DNA of 64,000 nt from Felis catus (lineage: Eukaryota), in assembly GCF_018350175.1 (NCBI RefSeq), contig NC_058376.1:6758001-6822000 (forward strand). The letters are read 5' to 3'. The notes beneath the pieces are model-generated. The model saw only the letters and a list, made by a program, of their open reading frames with translations, had not been told where the DNA came from and searched no databases. Positions 24,856 to 37,007 of this stretch are shown here, piece after piece (the first letter of the stretch is position 1; each line of letters opens with the position of its first letter). Made by a program: the position numbers and the translations under genes.

Positions 24856-25237
24856 TGTGTTAGTTTGCTAAGTTGTTTTAACAAAGTACCACAGACTGGC
24901 GCTTAAACAACCAAAGTTTATCATCCCCCGATCTGGGGCTGGAAGTTCAGGATCAAGGCGTGGGCACGACTGGTTCCTCCTGAGGCCTCTCCCCGTGGTG
25001 TGCAGGTGCCATCTTCTCTGCGTCCTCACATGGTCGTCTCTCTGTGCACGTTTGTGAACTCACCTTCCTCTCCTTCTAAGGACACCTGTCATATGGAGTA
25101 GGACCGCCCTAATGACCTCAGTGACCTCAGTCACTTCTTTAAAGGCCCTACCTCCAAACACAGTCGCATTCTGAGGTCCTGGGGGTTAGAACGTCAGCGT
25201 AGGTATTTGAGGGGAACGCAATTCAGCCCCGAGTAAC
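24856..25237 (-). mobile_element. MLT1A-like LTR
   Basis: tgtgttagtttgctaag...taacaaagtaccacagactgg...cattctgaggtcctgggggttag. Confidence 0.88.
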
Positions 25238-25759
25238 GCGTTGTCCAAAGACACTGCTGACACATCTATTCAAGGGTGTTTTTAGACACACCCCTGCTCT
25301 AGATTTCAGAGCCCCTCTGGCCAAGCGTCAAAGGAAGGGAAAAAAGGCTAAAAGTGAAAACCTATGATGCCAGGTAGTCCCTACAGCCCTAAGCCTTGCC
25401 TCCAGCCACTCCCCCCTCCACCCCACCCCGGGGGGAGGACCCCGCCGGGGGTGTGCCAGCTTCTGGGAGCTCTGAGGGTGGTCTGCCTGCCCACGTTTAT
25501 GGCTCTGGTCCATTCTGGGGCTTCTCACCCTGAGGCACAGCAAACCACACTGAGCCGTCCATGAGGCATCAGGCCTCGGCCAGAGAGGCAGCCAAACAGC
25601 CAGAAAACTCACCCCACGAGACAGAAATAGAAGCTCTCTCATTTTCCAGTGTGTGACAAAAGAGGGAGGTATTTACTGTTGAAAGGAGCTGAGCCAGCTG
25701 TCTTCTGGGTCATTTCTTTCTGGAACAAAATCTTCCCCAGCAGTCTCCCTGGGATGGCC

Positions 25760-25945
25760 TTCCTTCTTATCCGTCTATTGACATTTGGGATGGGATATTC
25801 TCTGTGGTTAGGAGATTGTTCGGTGCACCGTAGGAGGCGGGCAGCATCCAGGAGGACCCCCGCCACCTTCGTGCCAACCCCAAACGCCTCCGAACGTGGC
25901 CAGTGTCTCCCAGGGGGAGAATTGGCCCCGGTTGAGGAGGACTCG
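25760..25945 (-). mobile_element. MER20 DNA transposon
   Basis: ctattgacatttgggatgggatattctctgtggt...gccagtgtctcccagggggagaattggccccggttgag. Confidence 0.8.
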
Positions 25946-26319
25946 TCTGAGTAAACTATGGAGAGAGACAGAATGGTGGAAAGGATGGGCTGGGGTCCTG
26001 GCTTGGCCTTCTCTGTTGAGAAGAAAATAAGCTATAAGTAGTAAGTGGATAATGGCTTACAATGTTTCAGGTGGGTGGCGGGAATACCGGGAAGGCTTAA
26101 GCCCCCGTCAGTGGTGTGTACGGGTGATGGGAGGTCAGTCTTGCTGGCTGTTGAGTCAGACAGTTCGTCTACCGGCCTCCTAGGTGGGCCCGGGTTCCAG
26201 GTGAGAACAGAGAGTGCCCCGGAGGACCCTGGAGTCCTCAGCATCTTTACCTTCCCCCCTGCGAGCTCTGAGTGAGGGCACCCCCTCCACGTGCGTGGGC
26301 TCAGCCCCCCGAACGGCTC

Positions 26320-26490
26320 TCCTCCCTTCTGCTCCAACCACACGCTGGGTTGCTCCCTGAACACCCCAAGCCCTTCCTTCCTCAGGGCCTTTGCACTTGC
26401 TGTTTCACCCCCACACAAAGCTTGCCTCCGATAGTTCTGCCTTCCTGGCTCCTTTCCATCACTGAAGTCTTAGCTTAGCTGTCGCTTGAC
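26320..26490 (+). mobile_element. L2 fragment
   Basis: ctgctccaaccacac...ctcagggcctttgcacttgctgtt. Confidence 0.75.
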
Positions 26491-28309
26491 CGCCCCCCCA
26501 AGCTACCGGCTGTTTGTAGACAGGGCCGGCCCTGCCTGACCCTCTCATCTGGGTCTTTACGGTCAAGAGAGTTTCTAAGTGTTCAGGACAAGCTTGTGTT
26601 CACAGCCTTCCATTCCAGAGCAAAGGACACCCCTCCACACCCAGCCCCCACCCCCTCATTCCGAGCACCAGGGAGGTCTGTTCCCAGCACTCTCTGGAGT
26701 CTGCGTCGGGCTTTTTTAATTTCTGTCCTGGGCTCCAACCATGCCTGCGTTCCACGACCACAAACTGTATATTTTGTTGGAAAGGGTTTTCCTGTGACTT
26801 ATCTTAGGACCTCCAGAAGAAATGTCATCCTTCTTTCAGAAATCTCATCCTTCTTTCTGCCCAGACTCTAAAGGAGTGCGGACAGGAGTTGGGGCGGGGG
26901 GGGGGGGAGATCAACAGGGTCAAGCTGAAGATGACAACGCCTAAGTTATTTTCCCACCCTTGTGGGAGCTGCTTGCCATGGCTGGTGCAATATGGAGCCC
27001 AGTCTTGCCTCGCAAGTGGCAATAATCAAACGCAGCTAAGCCCCACGCCCTTGACACTGTATTGTGTGGTAGCTCCCACAGCCCTAGCCAAAGCGAGAGC
27101 TTCCTAATTAGGTGCCCTGGAAACTGGTGTTAATTGAGTTCTTACCCATCTTGCCCCACCTCCCTTGCCCCTAGGGTACATGAACTCTAGTGGTCTACAA
27201 GTGAGGAGGTAAAGTCAACCCGAGAGCTTTAATGTCACTCCAAATTAGCCCCAGTTAAGGAATTGAGAATGGCCTGCATATGAAAAACAGGTGGCAGGCT
27301 TTTCACGGGGAAAGTGCATCTGACAACTTGGTCTCTGACTGATACACTCAGCTCCCCCCCAGCCCTCACTTCTTCAAAATCCATCCAGGTTCATTAGAAA
27401 GAGAGAAAAAGGCAGCTCTTTAAGTACAGTGAATCAGATGTTCAGGACAAATCTAGTTAAGAAGATTATATTTAACAACCATTATCTGGGGGATGTTATC
27501 ACTGGTCAGTCGCCCGGCTGTATATATCCTTTAACATGAAATTCTGAAATGCGCAACGTGCCTTAAAGGGAAAGCATGAGAATACCTATGATACGGGTGT
27601 TTATTGCGTCTGTGGTCATGCCAAGAGGACTCTTTCAAAAGCGAAATTCTCAAAAGACTTTTATTCTAGTGGCAAGAACAAAGATCTTTATTTTTTATTG
27701 AAAGCCCAAATAACAACACTTCTTCTGAGGTTTGCGGTTAGCGCGGTTCCTTGTTCTTCCTGGGCACACCTGTCGTCCTTTGTTATGAGCAACGTTGCTT
27801 TATGGGAGTCACCAAAAGTCATCTAACAAACAAAACCCTTAAAAGCTTGGGCTTGCTGCACAGGCTGAAATGAACCACAGAGCTGTTCTTTAGATTAGGG
27901 TTACTTTCATGGCCAAACGGAGAGCCCTGGGAGCACCCCGTGGTTGTTCATTATGCAAGGCGAGAGGGTAGGTGCGTTAACTTATGTAATGACCACAGTG
28001 ACTTACACAAATCTCAGGAGGCATCACCTTTCTGCAGTTGGGACTCTTTCCCAGGAAGGAAAGCCGGCCTCCTGCCAAGACTGCCCATCCCAGGCTCTAA
28101 GAAAACCACCTCCCTCGGTTGGAAGGAGCCAGTTCCGTGATGAAGTAGGACTTAGGTCCGGCCATGTGTTAGCTTGGAAAAGCAAGCAACTTGGCTATTT
28201 CTGGAGTGGCGTGGTTGCTAAGATCAAAACCAAGCAGGGGGAAGCTTGTGGCCACGGGCATTTTTCCACATCTGCTCCCCGGGTAAAAGGAACTTTGTGT
28301 GCGTGTTTG

Positions 28310-28990
28310 CTAGAATATACATCACAACAACTTGCCATTTTATCCATCTCTAAGAGTACAGTTCAATGACATTAGGTACATTCACAATCATACAACCTTC
28401 ACCACTTTCGCTCCCAACACCTTTTTGTTTCCCCAAATTCAAACTCTGGGGGCGCCTGGGTGGCTCAGCCGATTAAGCGTCCAACTTCAGCTCAGGTCAT
28501 GATCTCACGGTTCCATGGGTTCGAGCCCTGCGTCGGGCTCTGTGCTGACAGCTCGGAGCCTGGAGCCTGCTTTGGATTTTGCGCGTGTGTCTCTCTCTGC
28601 TCCTCCCCCGCTCATGCTCTGTCTCTCTGTCTCTGTCTCTGTCTCTGTCTCTCTCTCCTTCAGAAATAAACATTAAAAACATTTCAAACTTCATATCTAT
28701 TAAATGACAATTCCTTATTCCCCACTCCCCACAGTCTCTGGGAAGTACTATTCTGATTTCTGCCTTTATGAACTTGACCACGCTAGGGACCTCACCTAAA
28801 CAGAACCATACAGCATTTTGTGACTGGCTTATCTCGCCTAGCATCGTGTCATCAGGGTTTACCTGTGTTGTAACATGTCTCAGAATTTCTTCCCTTATTA
28901 AGGCTAACTAACAGTCCATCAAGTATGTATGCCGCATTTTGCTTGTCTAGTTATTTGTCAGCGGACATTTGGTGAATACAGAACTTTTTC
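28310..28990 (-). mobile_element. L1MB/MC-like 3' end, split by SINE
   Basis: cccacagtctctgggaagtactattctgatttctgcctttatgaacttgaccac...ttttgtgactggcttatctcgcctagcat. Confidence 0.8.
28449..28680 (+). mobile_element. Can-SINE
   Basis: Full SINE with (CTGTCT)n tract. Confidence 0.94.
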
Positions 28991-29103
28991 TATTACTAGC
29001 TGGCACGTGGACAAGGCAATGAAAGACGAAAGTAAGGCAGATCGCATGTGCTTAGATATACCAAGTATATAAATAGGGGTGTCACTTTCCTCCCAGGTTT
29101 TTT

Positions 29104-29126
29104 TTGTTGTTGTTGTTGTTGTTGTT
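29104..29126. repeat. (TTG)n microsatellite
   Basis: Direct read. Confidence 0.95.
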
Positions 29127-30344
29127 CTGGGAGAATATTCAGGGTACAGAGTCTGCGTTTCAAAAATAGAATTTATGAGTCTAATCATATTAACTCAACG
29201 GAGAGCATAAATGCCAAGACAGCCTGTGTGAGTCATTTCTTGGATTCTAAAAGGAATCGGTTCCAGACAGGAGTTTTCTCTTCTTTGAGGTTTGTTTTAA
29301 GGAGTTCCAAAAGCAAACAGCAAAATAACAAAATGCCTAGAGCCACAGATCTCAAAGCAGCACTTCAAAATAGCAGCCCCGATGCCAGTGATCAGGGGCT
29401 CCGGGCTGGAAGGGACTCCCTTCTTCAGGCGGTTCAGGCTTGACCAACCTCCTCCGGGTCTTGCAGTCGTGCTAATTTCATTTGATTTAAGAAACCATGG
29501 TGTTGCGGGGGTGGGGGTGGGGGGTTGGTGGAGAAGGGGAGTGGGAGAAAGGAAGCGAAAGGATTCTGGGGGCTTTTGGAAAGTCATGGCCATTTCTGAA
29601 AATCAGTCTCATCCACCAGCACCGAGTTGATGTACTGACTCTTCTGTTTCTAGTTACCAGCTGAAGTCCAGAGCAAGCTGACACGTAGGGCTTTAGTATG
29701 TTGCTGCAGCATTGCATCATTTATGCTCCTGGTCGAGCCAGGGCTAGCTTCGGGATGAGGGTCTGACTTTCTGGTGTCTGAGGCATTTAAACTCTCTTTG
29801 CCTCCCCCAGTGCGTTCACAGGGGCTCTCTCTCCCACCAGGACTGCTGGGTGCCGTAACCTGTTTCTCTCTTGTTTCTAAAGCCATCACTAAATCGTCTT
29901 ATTGGCTCATCTTTGCCCATCTCCTATGCCTGGGGATGAAAACCTCCTTGTTAAGAATAATCAAGCCCATATCCACAAGGCCACAAATGTATAGTAAATC
30001 AGGGTGGTTAGCCACTAGGTTCTCCAGAACCTGCAAACACAGAACAAGTATCCATTTTCTAGGTGTGTGGGTCAACTACTCTGTTGACATTAGTGACTTC
30101 TTTTCCCACGATCGAGTAAATTTAGCGATCAGATAAGCTAAGGCAATACCGGGTTAGCCAATGGTAAAGATGTATATTTACTGCAGGAATGATCAGAGAT
30201 TTGAAGGGCATTGGGAATCTCCAGGAGATGGGTAAGGGATGATATAACACGTTGTCTAAATGTAGTTGATTATCAAACCCTATCATCAAGGAGCATCTCC
30301 CTGGATTAGTGGCCTCAGCACATACTTAGAACACCCCAGTTTAG

Positions 30345-30578
30345 GGGCGCCTGGGTGGTGCAGTCGGTTAAGCGTCCGTCTTCAGCCAGGTCACGATCTC
30401 GCGGTCTGGGAGTTCGAGCCCCGCGTCGGGCTCTGGACTGATGGCTCAGAGCCTGGAGCCTGTTTCCGATTCTGTGTTTCCCTCTCTCTCTGCCCCTCCC
30501 CCGTTCATGCTCTGTCTTTCTCTGTCCCAAAAATAAATAAAAAACGTTGAAAAAAAAAATTAAAACAACAAAAAAAAA
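30345..30578 (+). mobile_element. Young Can-SINE (SINEC_Fc1-like) with perfect 17-bp TSD
   Basis: cagccaggtcacgatctcgcggt diagnostic; agaacaccccagtttag at 30328-30344 and 30579-30595. Confidence 0.96.
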
Positions 30579-32151
30579 AGAACACCCCAGTTTAGACACC
30601 TGGTACATTCAGGAATTTAATAGGGGTGAACAACATACAGCAGGTAATCAACAAGGTATCAGAAGTGTTGCGAGGACCACAGACTTTATGCACCCAGGAT
30701 CCCAGTCCTTCTCCAAGGTCCCCCCAGTCTGTAATACCTGCTGGGTCTTGATCTTTTGGTATAGCACAGGGGAAGGAACAGGAAAGGGGTCCAGGAAGGG
30801 GAGAAAATGGCGGAAGTTTCAACAGAGAGTTTCGGGAACTGCTGTTGTTGAAAAAGGGAGAGGGAAAGCAATGTGAGCATCCCGGAAGACGGTGGCCGAG
30901 TTTGGGGAGGGGAGAGTCTTGGAGAACTGAAATGTGAGATACCCAGAGAGAGACACAGAGAGAGAGAGAGAGAGAGAGGAGAAAGAAGGTAGAAAGAAGT
31001 TTTACAGTGTGATGTGATGGAATCTTCCTTTGGTCTTTTGGAAAGACTTCACTTGCTCTTTGATTTATTCTTTGCCTTCTGGGTTGTTTGGCGTTTGAAT
31101 CGGACACGAGGCCATGCCTAGCTTCAGGGTACCAGCAAATCCACGGATTTTACTGGAGGTTTCACCGATAATAATATTAAGCATTTCCTATTCTTATCAT
31201 CCCCTTATCACCTCCCCAAGGCCTTCTTGCTTGCCCTCTGAAGAACAGAGTATTGGAACCAGAAGTGTGGATCTGGGTACCGACTCTCAGATGTATGAGG
31301 TTTGTCAAATAGCTGACCAGCCCGATGGAGTCAAATGCCACCTAAGGACCCCAAATCTCTAAATGGAGAACTGGCCAACGAAAGCCAAACTCAGACAACC
31401 CAAGGGATTCCTCTCTCCAGAGACTTGGACGGCAAAGGTGAGCATTTGCTTCTAGTGGGCAAGCCTGACAGGTCCCCTCTGATCTCAGCCCAGGTATCAC
31501 AATACAGGAGCGCCTCTTAGGGAGGTCAGAACGGACCCCAACCTGTGGCATCCTCCCTCCTCCGCAAAGAAAAACGATGTGTGACCTGGCGCTTTAGCCA
31601 TGCCTAGATCTCGAGGGTAACTCTGCACCCAGGGGTCCTGTCCAACTTTATGGAATGGAATGAGCCCATTTTGGTTCCTGCTTATCATCGCTGCCTAAAG
31701 CATCTTCGCAGGTGACCTCAAGGCCTGCTTTGAAATCAATCTCCAAAGCACACAAGGATTCTTTTTGTACCTTTGGTCCTCAAGGGGCTTCCAAATCAAG
31801 CATCTGATAAGCACAGTTGATGATTAAACATAATGAGCTGGCTACCGGGAGAGCTTTGATTCGCTTTGACAAAGGCTCTTTGAGTTTGGTTGAAAACTAG
31901 AGTCTCGATTTTGGTTTTGTTTGTCTTAGCCTTTTCTGTTGAAGATCTGGACTTAGATCTTGAAAGGACTGAGGTTTGCTGGAAGGCTCTGTAAATTGAG
32001 GCATCTGTCCTTGGTGCAGATTTCTGAAGGGTCTAGATGAAATGGTCACCTGGCCACGCTGGGGAGCACCTGGGTGGTGACGCTAGCCAAGGACATTTTT
32101 GGAAGTGATTTGTGTATGACGTATCTTTCAATATTTTCAATGCCGATTTCT

Positions 32152-32375
32152 TGTTTAATTCTTTTCAATGTTTATTTTTATTTTTGAGAGAGAGAGGCAG
32201 AGTATGAGCAGAGGAGGGGCAGAGAAAGAGAGAGACAGAGACACAGAATCCAAAGCAGGCTCCAGGCCTCGAGCTGTCAGCACAGAGCCCGACGCAGGGC
32301 CCAAACTCACAAACCGTGAGATCATGACCTGAGCCAAAGTCAGACGCTTAACCGACTGAGCCACCCAGACGCCCC
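32152..32375 (-). mobile_element. Can-SINE
   Basis: SINE body. Confidence 0.94.
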
Positions 32376-33929
32376 CTCCTCCGACCCCTGCTGCAATTTC
32401 TTATTTTTAAAATTAGAAAGGTTAGGAAACTTGGAGGGGACGCAGGAGGAGGGCAATCAGAGAGAAGCAGCTTGACTGTCATCCTGGAGCAGCTAGTTTT
32501 TGCCTTTTTATTGGCTTGGCCAGAGACCCTGAGCAAGGAGGGTATATTCACGTGCTTATCAAACGACCAGCGTTGCCTCTGATGTGAATCACACGCTCTC
32601 AGACAGACTCTTCTTCTGTTCTTTATTCATTTGGTCATTCCTGTCGTACTGTTCCCTGGTGCTGACGAGGTCTAGCAGTGGTTCGGGCTCACGTGGAAGC
32701 TTCTTGCGACGGACCGTCACGGGCCCCTCGATGCAGAGAGGCTGACGCACCAGCACGGAGGGGCCCGCGGAGCCCTTCAAATATAGACCACGACTTTCTT
32801 TTGGAAGCAAGACGTGGCTTGGGGGAAATCAACCCCGGAGGAAAGTTCATCTCGGAAAACAAGTTTCCCTGCCCTACCCTTCTCCACGGCAGTCTAGCTG
32901 CGCAGAAATAACCATTTAACGTGAAATTTGTAACCGCGACTGTTTTCATTCCTTACGGTAATCCCCACCAGCTTCCTAAGTTATATACGTACACCTGGTA
33001 AGAAATACCCATTGGTGGCAATATCTATATGTTGCTGTCGTAAAAATTAGCCATGTTCAGTCTCCGCCTCTTCCTCTTGCCAACGTGGTTATTATGTGGC
33101 TTTGGTCTCTCAAATGGTTGACTTTGTAAGTCAAAATAACAGATTTGTCGCCTCTTTAATAGTGTCCTGAGGCTCTCACTTTGTGAGGGAAAACTATGAG
33201 CGGCCTGGCCTGCCCCTCCTCTCCCCCATCAACTCCATCCCCCCTGACAGCTGGACCCCACCGCCCACCCAGTGGCTCTGGAACGCCGTCAGCTCTCACT
33301 TGCTCCCCTCTCTAGGAGCTGGCCTCTCCCCTCCCTCCCAAAGGGGTCAGTTATGCCCCACTACTTGTCTTGAGAACTCCGGCTTTGGCATTTGGAGAGC
33401 CCTGGCATGCACCTCGTTGGCAGGTGCCTGTGACGCAAGCGGTCCTCAAGATGCCCTCTAACCCCTAGGAAGCAGGTGACACGAGATGGCCGTTCCAGCC
33501 TGGGCAGTAACAACGCGAACACAGAAAGTTGAAATGGGGTTACGGTTCTGCGGCCAACCCCATGGAAAAGTGGCATCCATTATTATGCCCAGCGATGTCA
33601 TTCGGGGCTAGAATTCATTCCGCAAATATTTACTGAGCTAATTCCTCCTGTGTATAATGCAGCTCTGTCTTTCTTTAGTTTTACTATTCAGATGCTTTTA
33701 CATATTTCTAATTCCAGGAGTATTTATTCAGTGGACTGCTTCCAGAAAAAGAAGGGCTTCATAAATGGGTGTGACAGGCCACGGCCTGTCCAGGGGAAGT
33801 GTCCACGAGCACCGCCAGTGAGGAAACACAAAGCAAGGAAGGTCTTTTCTTTCTTTCCGATTTACATATAGATAGACAGGCTAGCTCTATTTTAAGGAGT
33901 CATGTTTCTTTGGTTAACATAGGCTCATT

Positions 33930-34466
33930 NNNNNNNNNNNNNNNNNNNNNNNNNNNNNNNNNNNNNNNNNNNNNNNNNNNNNNNNNNNNNNNNNNNNNNN
34001 NNNNNNNNNNNNNNNNNNNNNNNNNNNNNNNNNNNNNNNNNNNNNNNNNNNNNNNNNNNNNNNNNNNNNNNNNNNNNNNNNNNNNNNNNNNNNNNNNNNN
34101 NNNNNNNNNNNNNNNNNNNNNNNNNNNNNNNNNNNNNNNNNNNNNNNNNNNNNNNNNNNNNNNNNNNNNNNNNNNNNNNNNNNNNNNNNNNNNNNNNNNN
34201 NNNNNNNNNNNNNNNNNNNNNNNNNNNNNNNNNNNNNNNNNNNNNNNNNNNNNNNNNNNNNNNNNNNNNNNNNNNNNNNNNNNNNNNNNNNNNNNNNNNN
34301 NNNNNNNNNNNNNNNNNNNNNTTCCTGNNNNNNNNNNNNNNNNNNNNNNNNNNNNNNNNNNNNNNNNNNNNNNNNNNNNNNNNNNNNNNNNNNNNNNNNN
34401 NNNNNNNNNNNNNNNNNNNNNNNNNNNNNNNNNNNNNNNNNNNNNNNNNNNNNNNNNNNNNNNNNN
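33930..34466. other. Assembly gap with a 6-base island (ttcctg, 34322-34327)
   Basis: Direct read. Confidence 1.
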
Positions 34467-34600
34467 TTTACACAGTTTCTTATTGAAGTATAGTCAACAT
34501 ACAATACTATGTTAGATTCTGATGCACAACACGGTGATTTGACCGGTCTGTATGTTAGCAATGCTCACTATCGTAAGGGTCGTCACCATCTGTCGTCAAT
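34467..34600 (-). mobile_element. L1MA/L1_Carn-like 3' end fragment
   Basis: ttattgaagtatagtcaacatacaatactatgttag...cgtcaccatctgtc. Confidence 0.75.
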
Positions 34601-34734
34601 CCTTATTTCTAATGAAAAGATCTAGAAAACAAAAATACAAATTTCAATAACCTATAGGCATTCCTTAGATTATGTTCGGTAAGTAAAATCCCCAAATCAT
34701 ATCATTTGATTTTTTTTTAATTAAGACTTTATTT

Positions 34735-34931
34735 ATTTTTTAAAATATTTATTTTAAGACAGAAAGAGAGCCTGGGGGAGGGGCAGAGAGAGGGAGAGAG
34801 AGAATCCTAAGCAGGCTGTGTGCTGTTACTGAGGAGCCCAATGTGGGGCTCCATCTCACAAACCGTGAGATCGTGACCTGAGCAGAAATCAAGAGTCTGA
34901 CACTTAACTGACGGAGCCATCCAGGCACCCC
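34735..34931 (-). mobile_element. Can-SINE with TSD
   Basis: aagactttattt at 34723-34734 and 34932-34943. Confidence 0.94.
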
Positions 34932-34944
34932 AAGACTTTATTTT

Positions 34945-36056
34945 TTTAAAGCATTTTCAAGTTCACAGGAAAGTTGAGGGGGCGGGTACAGAGACAGGCC
35001 TTACAAGCCCTGCCCCCACACATGCACAGCCTCTTCCTTCATCAACATGAGTGTGCATGTGTTACACTCAATGGACCTTCATTGACATTAGCACCCAGAG
35101 TCCATATTACATTACAATTCACTCTTGGTGTTGCACATTCTATGGGTTCGGACAAAAGGATACGGGCATACCTTGGCGATATTGGCAGATTCAGTTCCAG
35201 ACCACCGCAGAAAGGTGAACGCTGCAATAAAGCGAATATCACAGCAAAGCGAGGCAAATGAGTCGCTTGGCTAACCGGTGTTTATAAAGGTTATGTTCAC
35301 ACTATACTCTAAGTGTGCAATAACGTTATGTCTAAAGAACAATGTACGTGCCTTAATTAAAAAATGTTTTATCGCTAAAGAGTCCTAAGCATCATCTGAG
35401 CTTTCAGCAGGTTGTAACCTTTGTACTGGTTGTGACCTCTTGCCCCGATGTTGACGGCTGCTGACGGATCAGGGTGGTGGTTGCCGAAGGCTGGGAAGGC
35501 CGTGGCAGCCTCTTCAAATAGGAGAGCAATGAAGTCTGATGCATAGACTGACTTTTCCTTTCGCGGACGATTTCTCTGTAGCATGCGATGCTGTTTGATA
35601 GGATTATACCCACAGTAGAACTTCTTTCAAACTGGAGCCAATCCTCTCAAACCCCTTTGCTATTTTATCAACTAGGTTTATGTAAGACTCTACTTTTTCT
35701 GTTGTCATTTCAACAGACGTCATGGCATCTTCATCGGGAGTAGATTCTATCTCAAGAAACCACTTTCTTTGCTCCTCCGTAAGAAGCCACTCCTCGTCTG
35801 TTCAAGTTTTATCGTGAGATAAATGAAACGATAAATGAGACATTCAGTCTCCTCTTCAGGCCCCACTTCTGATTCGAGTTCTCTTGCTGTTTCCACCACA
35901 TCCGCAGTGACTTCTCCCTCTGGAGTCTTGAACCTTCACTCTGTAAAAACCGTGGCATCTGCAAAGTCCAAAGCGAAGTGCAGTAAACGAGGCAATGACA
36001 TAACCCGCCCCTTTGTGTCACAGAGTCTTTCCATTTCCCTAAAAACCCTCTGTGCT
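34945..36056 (-). mobile_element. L1MB-like 3' end hosting Tigger1
   Basis: aagttcacaggaaagttgag...cattctatgggttcggacaaa|...|atgaca...ccctaaaaaccctctgtgct. Confidence 0.7.
35163..35993 (-). mobile_element. Internally deleted Tigger1 (TcMar-Tigger) with transposase C-terminal remnant
   Basis: End TA-cgggcataccttggcgatatt...ttccagaccaccgc; other end ctgtaaaaac...aaagcgaagtgcagtaaacgagg; ORF 35404-35613 reads [28 protein letters not shown]...PSATTTLI, matching the Tigger1 transposase C-terminus. Confidence 0.93.
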
Positions 36057-36057
36057 T

Positions 36058-36262
36058 GGGGTGCCTGGGTGGCTCAGTCGGTGAGCGTCTGACTTCGGCT
36101 CAGGTCACGATCTCACGGTCTGTGGGTTCGAGCCCCTCGTCGGACCCTGGAGCCTGCTTCGGATTCTGTGTCTCCCTCTCTCTCTCTGCCCCTCCCCCTC
36201 TCGCTCTCTATCTCTCTTGTCTTTCTCGATCTCAAAAATAAATAGGCATTAAAAAAGAAAAA
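36058..36262 (+). mobile_element. Can-SINE with small internal deletion
   Basis: SINE body and tail. Confidence 0.93.
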
Positions 36263-37007
36263 GGAATGGTTTTATTTAAATATCCCAGTTTAAGCAAGAT
36301 GAAAATGGATATGATTTCCGGCTAAAGGCTCAGGACAGAGTTCTGGGTGATTCTCATCGTCTCTTCTGAAGTTGTCCTAGAAGTTGTATCTAGCTGCTTC
36401 TGTTTCTGTGTCTCTTTTTGACTTCAGGTTTATCTTCTCCTTAATGCCCTTACAGACAAAGGCCAGTGCGTTTCTCTGTGCTTCCTATTATGTGCCAAAA
36501 CAGTCACGGAGACCCGAGACGAGCAGTTAGCCCAAGCTATGAATGAAGAAGCCAATGTAGTTTTTGTTGCCCTTGGTCTTGACGTGGGCTGGTCCTCTTT
36601 CAAACTTCTTCCTAGAACGCGTGGACCGAGGCAGTGATAGGGTCCGAGGAAGGTGCCTCCACCAAGTGATAGTATTTTCCATGACAAGACAATGAACTCA
36701 GTACATGTTTCCAGTTCCACGGACCAGGCCTTCTGCAGTAAAACCCTGCTGGACACAGCTCCTTTCGAGACAGGACGGATGCTTGCTTCCAAGTAGGGGT
36801 TTGAGTGAGGGGAGAGATTCTGCCCAGGACCAACCTTCTAGAAAAAGCCCGCACGGCAACGCAGATCCTCGAAGCTCTTTCACTTGAGAAAAACTTTCCA
36901 TCCCCCTGGTACAGAAGCGTTGTCCCCACTGGTGAGTTCATATAGGGTGTGAACTTTCCCTCAGACACAGAAAGATTTGTCAGTGTGATGTGTTGGAAAA
37001 CTCTTGC
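36250..37007 (-). ncRNA. Putative terminal exon of unidentified minus-strand transcript
   Basis: Acceptor cacctcactcccAG|GCAAG (AG 37009-37008); AATAAA at 36275-36270; no repeat recognised in between. Confidence 0.3.

Noticed and set aside
29640-32060. Possible degraded ERV gag/internal region (incl. 171-aa ORF 30592-31107)
   Set aside because: No PBS, LTR pair or gag/pol motif found; ORF includes a (GA)n tract; left unclassified
32589-32810. 73-aa minus ORF with protein-like composition (VRRKKLPREPEPLLDLVSTREQYDRNDQ)
   Set aside because: No homology recognised and no supporting splice sites
35404-35613. TIGD1-like peptide as a domesticated transposase gene
   Set aside because: Only a frame-disrupted C-terminal remnant in an internally deleted Tigger1; DNA-binding and most of the DDE region are missing
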